The notes beneath the pieces are model-generated. The model saw nothing but the letters and a program-made list of their open reading frames with translations, did not search any database and was not told the origin of the DNA. The position numbers and the translations under genes were made by a program. Of a DNA stretch of 64,000 bases, positions 62,143 through 64,000 are shown one piece after another. This DNA is from Pachysolen tannophilus NRRL Y-2460 (lineage: Eukaryota): the NCBI GenBank assembly GCA_001661245.1, contig KV454013.1, positions 563,981-627,980 on the forward strand, read 5' to 3'. The first letter of the stretch is position 1, and every line of letters begins with the position of its first letter.

Positions 62143-62652
62143 ATTTTAGTAAAGATCAAGTTCCATTGAAACTTTAATGATTGTTGAAAGAACAAATGCG
62201 AAAACAACCATTATTAGTCAATTATACAATAAATGTAAGTAGAAATAAGATAGATGGTCAAAACAATAATTAAAAATTTTTTTCTCTAAAAAAGAAAAAA
62301 AACACCAAAGAAAAGAAAGAAAGAAAGAAAGGAAAAAAAAATTATTAGAGTATGTATATAAAAAAAAAAGACCCAAATAAAATTCAAACGAACGACAGCC
62401 GTGAACCTTTTTTCAACCATTTTGTTTTCCAATAAAAATAAAGAATATTTTAGAGTGAGAAATGAAACCTTATTCGTTAGGAATGATTATTCAAATATAC
62501 AATAATCATAAATGAAAGATTAATAATATAATAATTAAATAAATTTGTGTTTTAATTTTTTTTTTTTTTCTTTCGTTCGCAAAAAAAAAACAATCTCTTC
62601 AATTTTTAGAGCTTTGTATGTTCTTACCCACTCCCAAATCATTAATTTTTTA

Positions 62653-63222
62653 TTATAATATATTACAACACGAAGAACTAGAGCTGTCAGTATTGAGCAA
62701 TAAACTCATTCTAGCGGCATATTCAAAAACATCATCAACACCTTCTCCATTTAAAGAAGAACATTCAATGTACTTCTTTGCCCCAATTTCTCTAGCAACT
62801 TGTTCTCCCCTTTTAAACAGTACAGACCTTTTCCCTTCAACTGTTTCATCATCTCTTAAATCTTTTTTCAAGCCGACCAATAAGACCGGTGTGTTGGGAC
62901 AATATTTGGAGACTTCATCAATCCATTTTGTTGCAGCATTTTCAATAGAATCCGGCACATCAATGGCAAATCCAATCAATATCACACTTGCATTTGAATA
63001 AGATAACGGTCTTAATCTCTCGTATTCTTCTTGTCCTGCTGTATCCCATAATGCCAATTCCACGCTTTTCCCATCTACCCTGCATCTAGTGACGTAGTTT
63101 TCAAAAACCGTAGGATGATACTCTGTTGGAAACTCTCCTAGCGTGAAAACGTATAACAATGAAGTTTTACCACATGAGCCATCACCAACTATCACAATTT
63201 TTCTTCTTATTGGATCTGACAT
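62653..63222 (-). CDS. RHO2: Rho-family GTPase Rho2
   Basis: GDGSCGKTSLLYVFTLGEFP, YHPTVFENY, WDTAGQEEYERLRP and a C-terminal CCNIL. Confidence 0.93.
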   Translation of the reverse strand: MSDPIRRKIVIVGDGSCGKTSLLYVFTLGEFPTEYHPTVFENYVTRCRVDGKSVELALWDTAGQEEYERLRPLSYSNASVILIGFAIDVPDSIENAATKWIDEVSKYCPNTPVLLVGLKKDLRDDETVEGKRSVLFKRGEQVAREIGAKKYIECSSLNGEGVDDVFEYAARMSLLLNTDSSSSSCCNIL

Positions 63223-64000
63223 ATAAGAAAATTTAAACTATCTAAAATCTTAATTATTATACCTGCTGCGTATTATACGAAAATGTTTTTCGTCAGGGAA
63301 TCAAATGTTAAAATTAATAATAGTACAATGGATTCAAATCCAAATGTACACAACAAGCCACAGATCAATTATACTGATCCTAGCAAAACGAACAGAACTG
63401 GAAATAGTTTAATAAACAACAGCTCTATTTAAGTTAATAAAAACACTTTTTATGATGGTCAGATGTTGTATTGATAAAATTTTGTTAACTTTTTTGGTAT
63501 GCACGTAAAAAAAAAAAATGATAAAATGAAAAACGTTTTTTTATCTTATAATCTCTATCTATCTTTGGGCTAAATATAAATATAAATATAAATATAGATT
63601 TAAAACAGTGGGTTTTTCTTTTTTAATAATACTCTAAGGTTAAAAGTATGTGAAAAGAAAAAAAGATCTTACTTAAACTATCTTAATAGAACACTATAAA
63701 AATTTACCAAAAAACAGGTTCATAAGAAGAAATAGATCTTATCTCAATTCTTTTTGCCAACAAAAGGAAAAGGAAAAAGAAAACCAAAAAAAAAAAAAAA
63801 AAAAATTACACCTTTAGATAAAACATAAAGAGGGAAAGCTAAGGAGATTAAGCAAGCCATAACTTATTTCACCAAATATTATTTTCCTTGACTCCGGAAT
63901 TGCCAAAGCCGTGATTGGTATTTAGAAACAAGTTTCTCTGTGCAGTACTTCCGTTTAATGGATTTGAAGTTGCATGATTAGTTGTAGAAAATGTATTAAA

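Overview
AT-rich budding-yeast (Saccharomycotina) chromosomal DNA from a draft assembly with three N gaps. It holds about 31 protein-coding genes and one tRNA-Asn(GUU) gene. I inferred 15 spliceosomal introns, which the ORF track splits or misses; TOM7, a complex I accessory subunit, full-length TFC7 and a MER1-like gene were rebuilt by hand. In-frame CTG codons repeatedly fall at positions that are alanine in homologues, so the organism most likely uses the CUG=Ala code (Pachysolen/Nakazawaea/Peterozyma lineage), and the supplied translations are probably wrong at every CTG. Gene order preserves several ancestral yeast synteny blocks. The best leads are: (1) a ~680-nt structured plus-strand non-coding segment between YAF9 and TFC7 with a possible pseudoknot (telomerase-RNA-like hypothesis, unproven); (2) a syntenic MER1-like KH protein with a shortened GxxG loop; (3) a PTP1 lacking its Q-loop; (4) a tRNA-Asn with tandem U-U mismatches in the acceptor stem. 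Homologue comparisons are from memory, not from searches.
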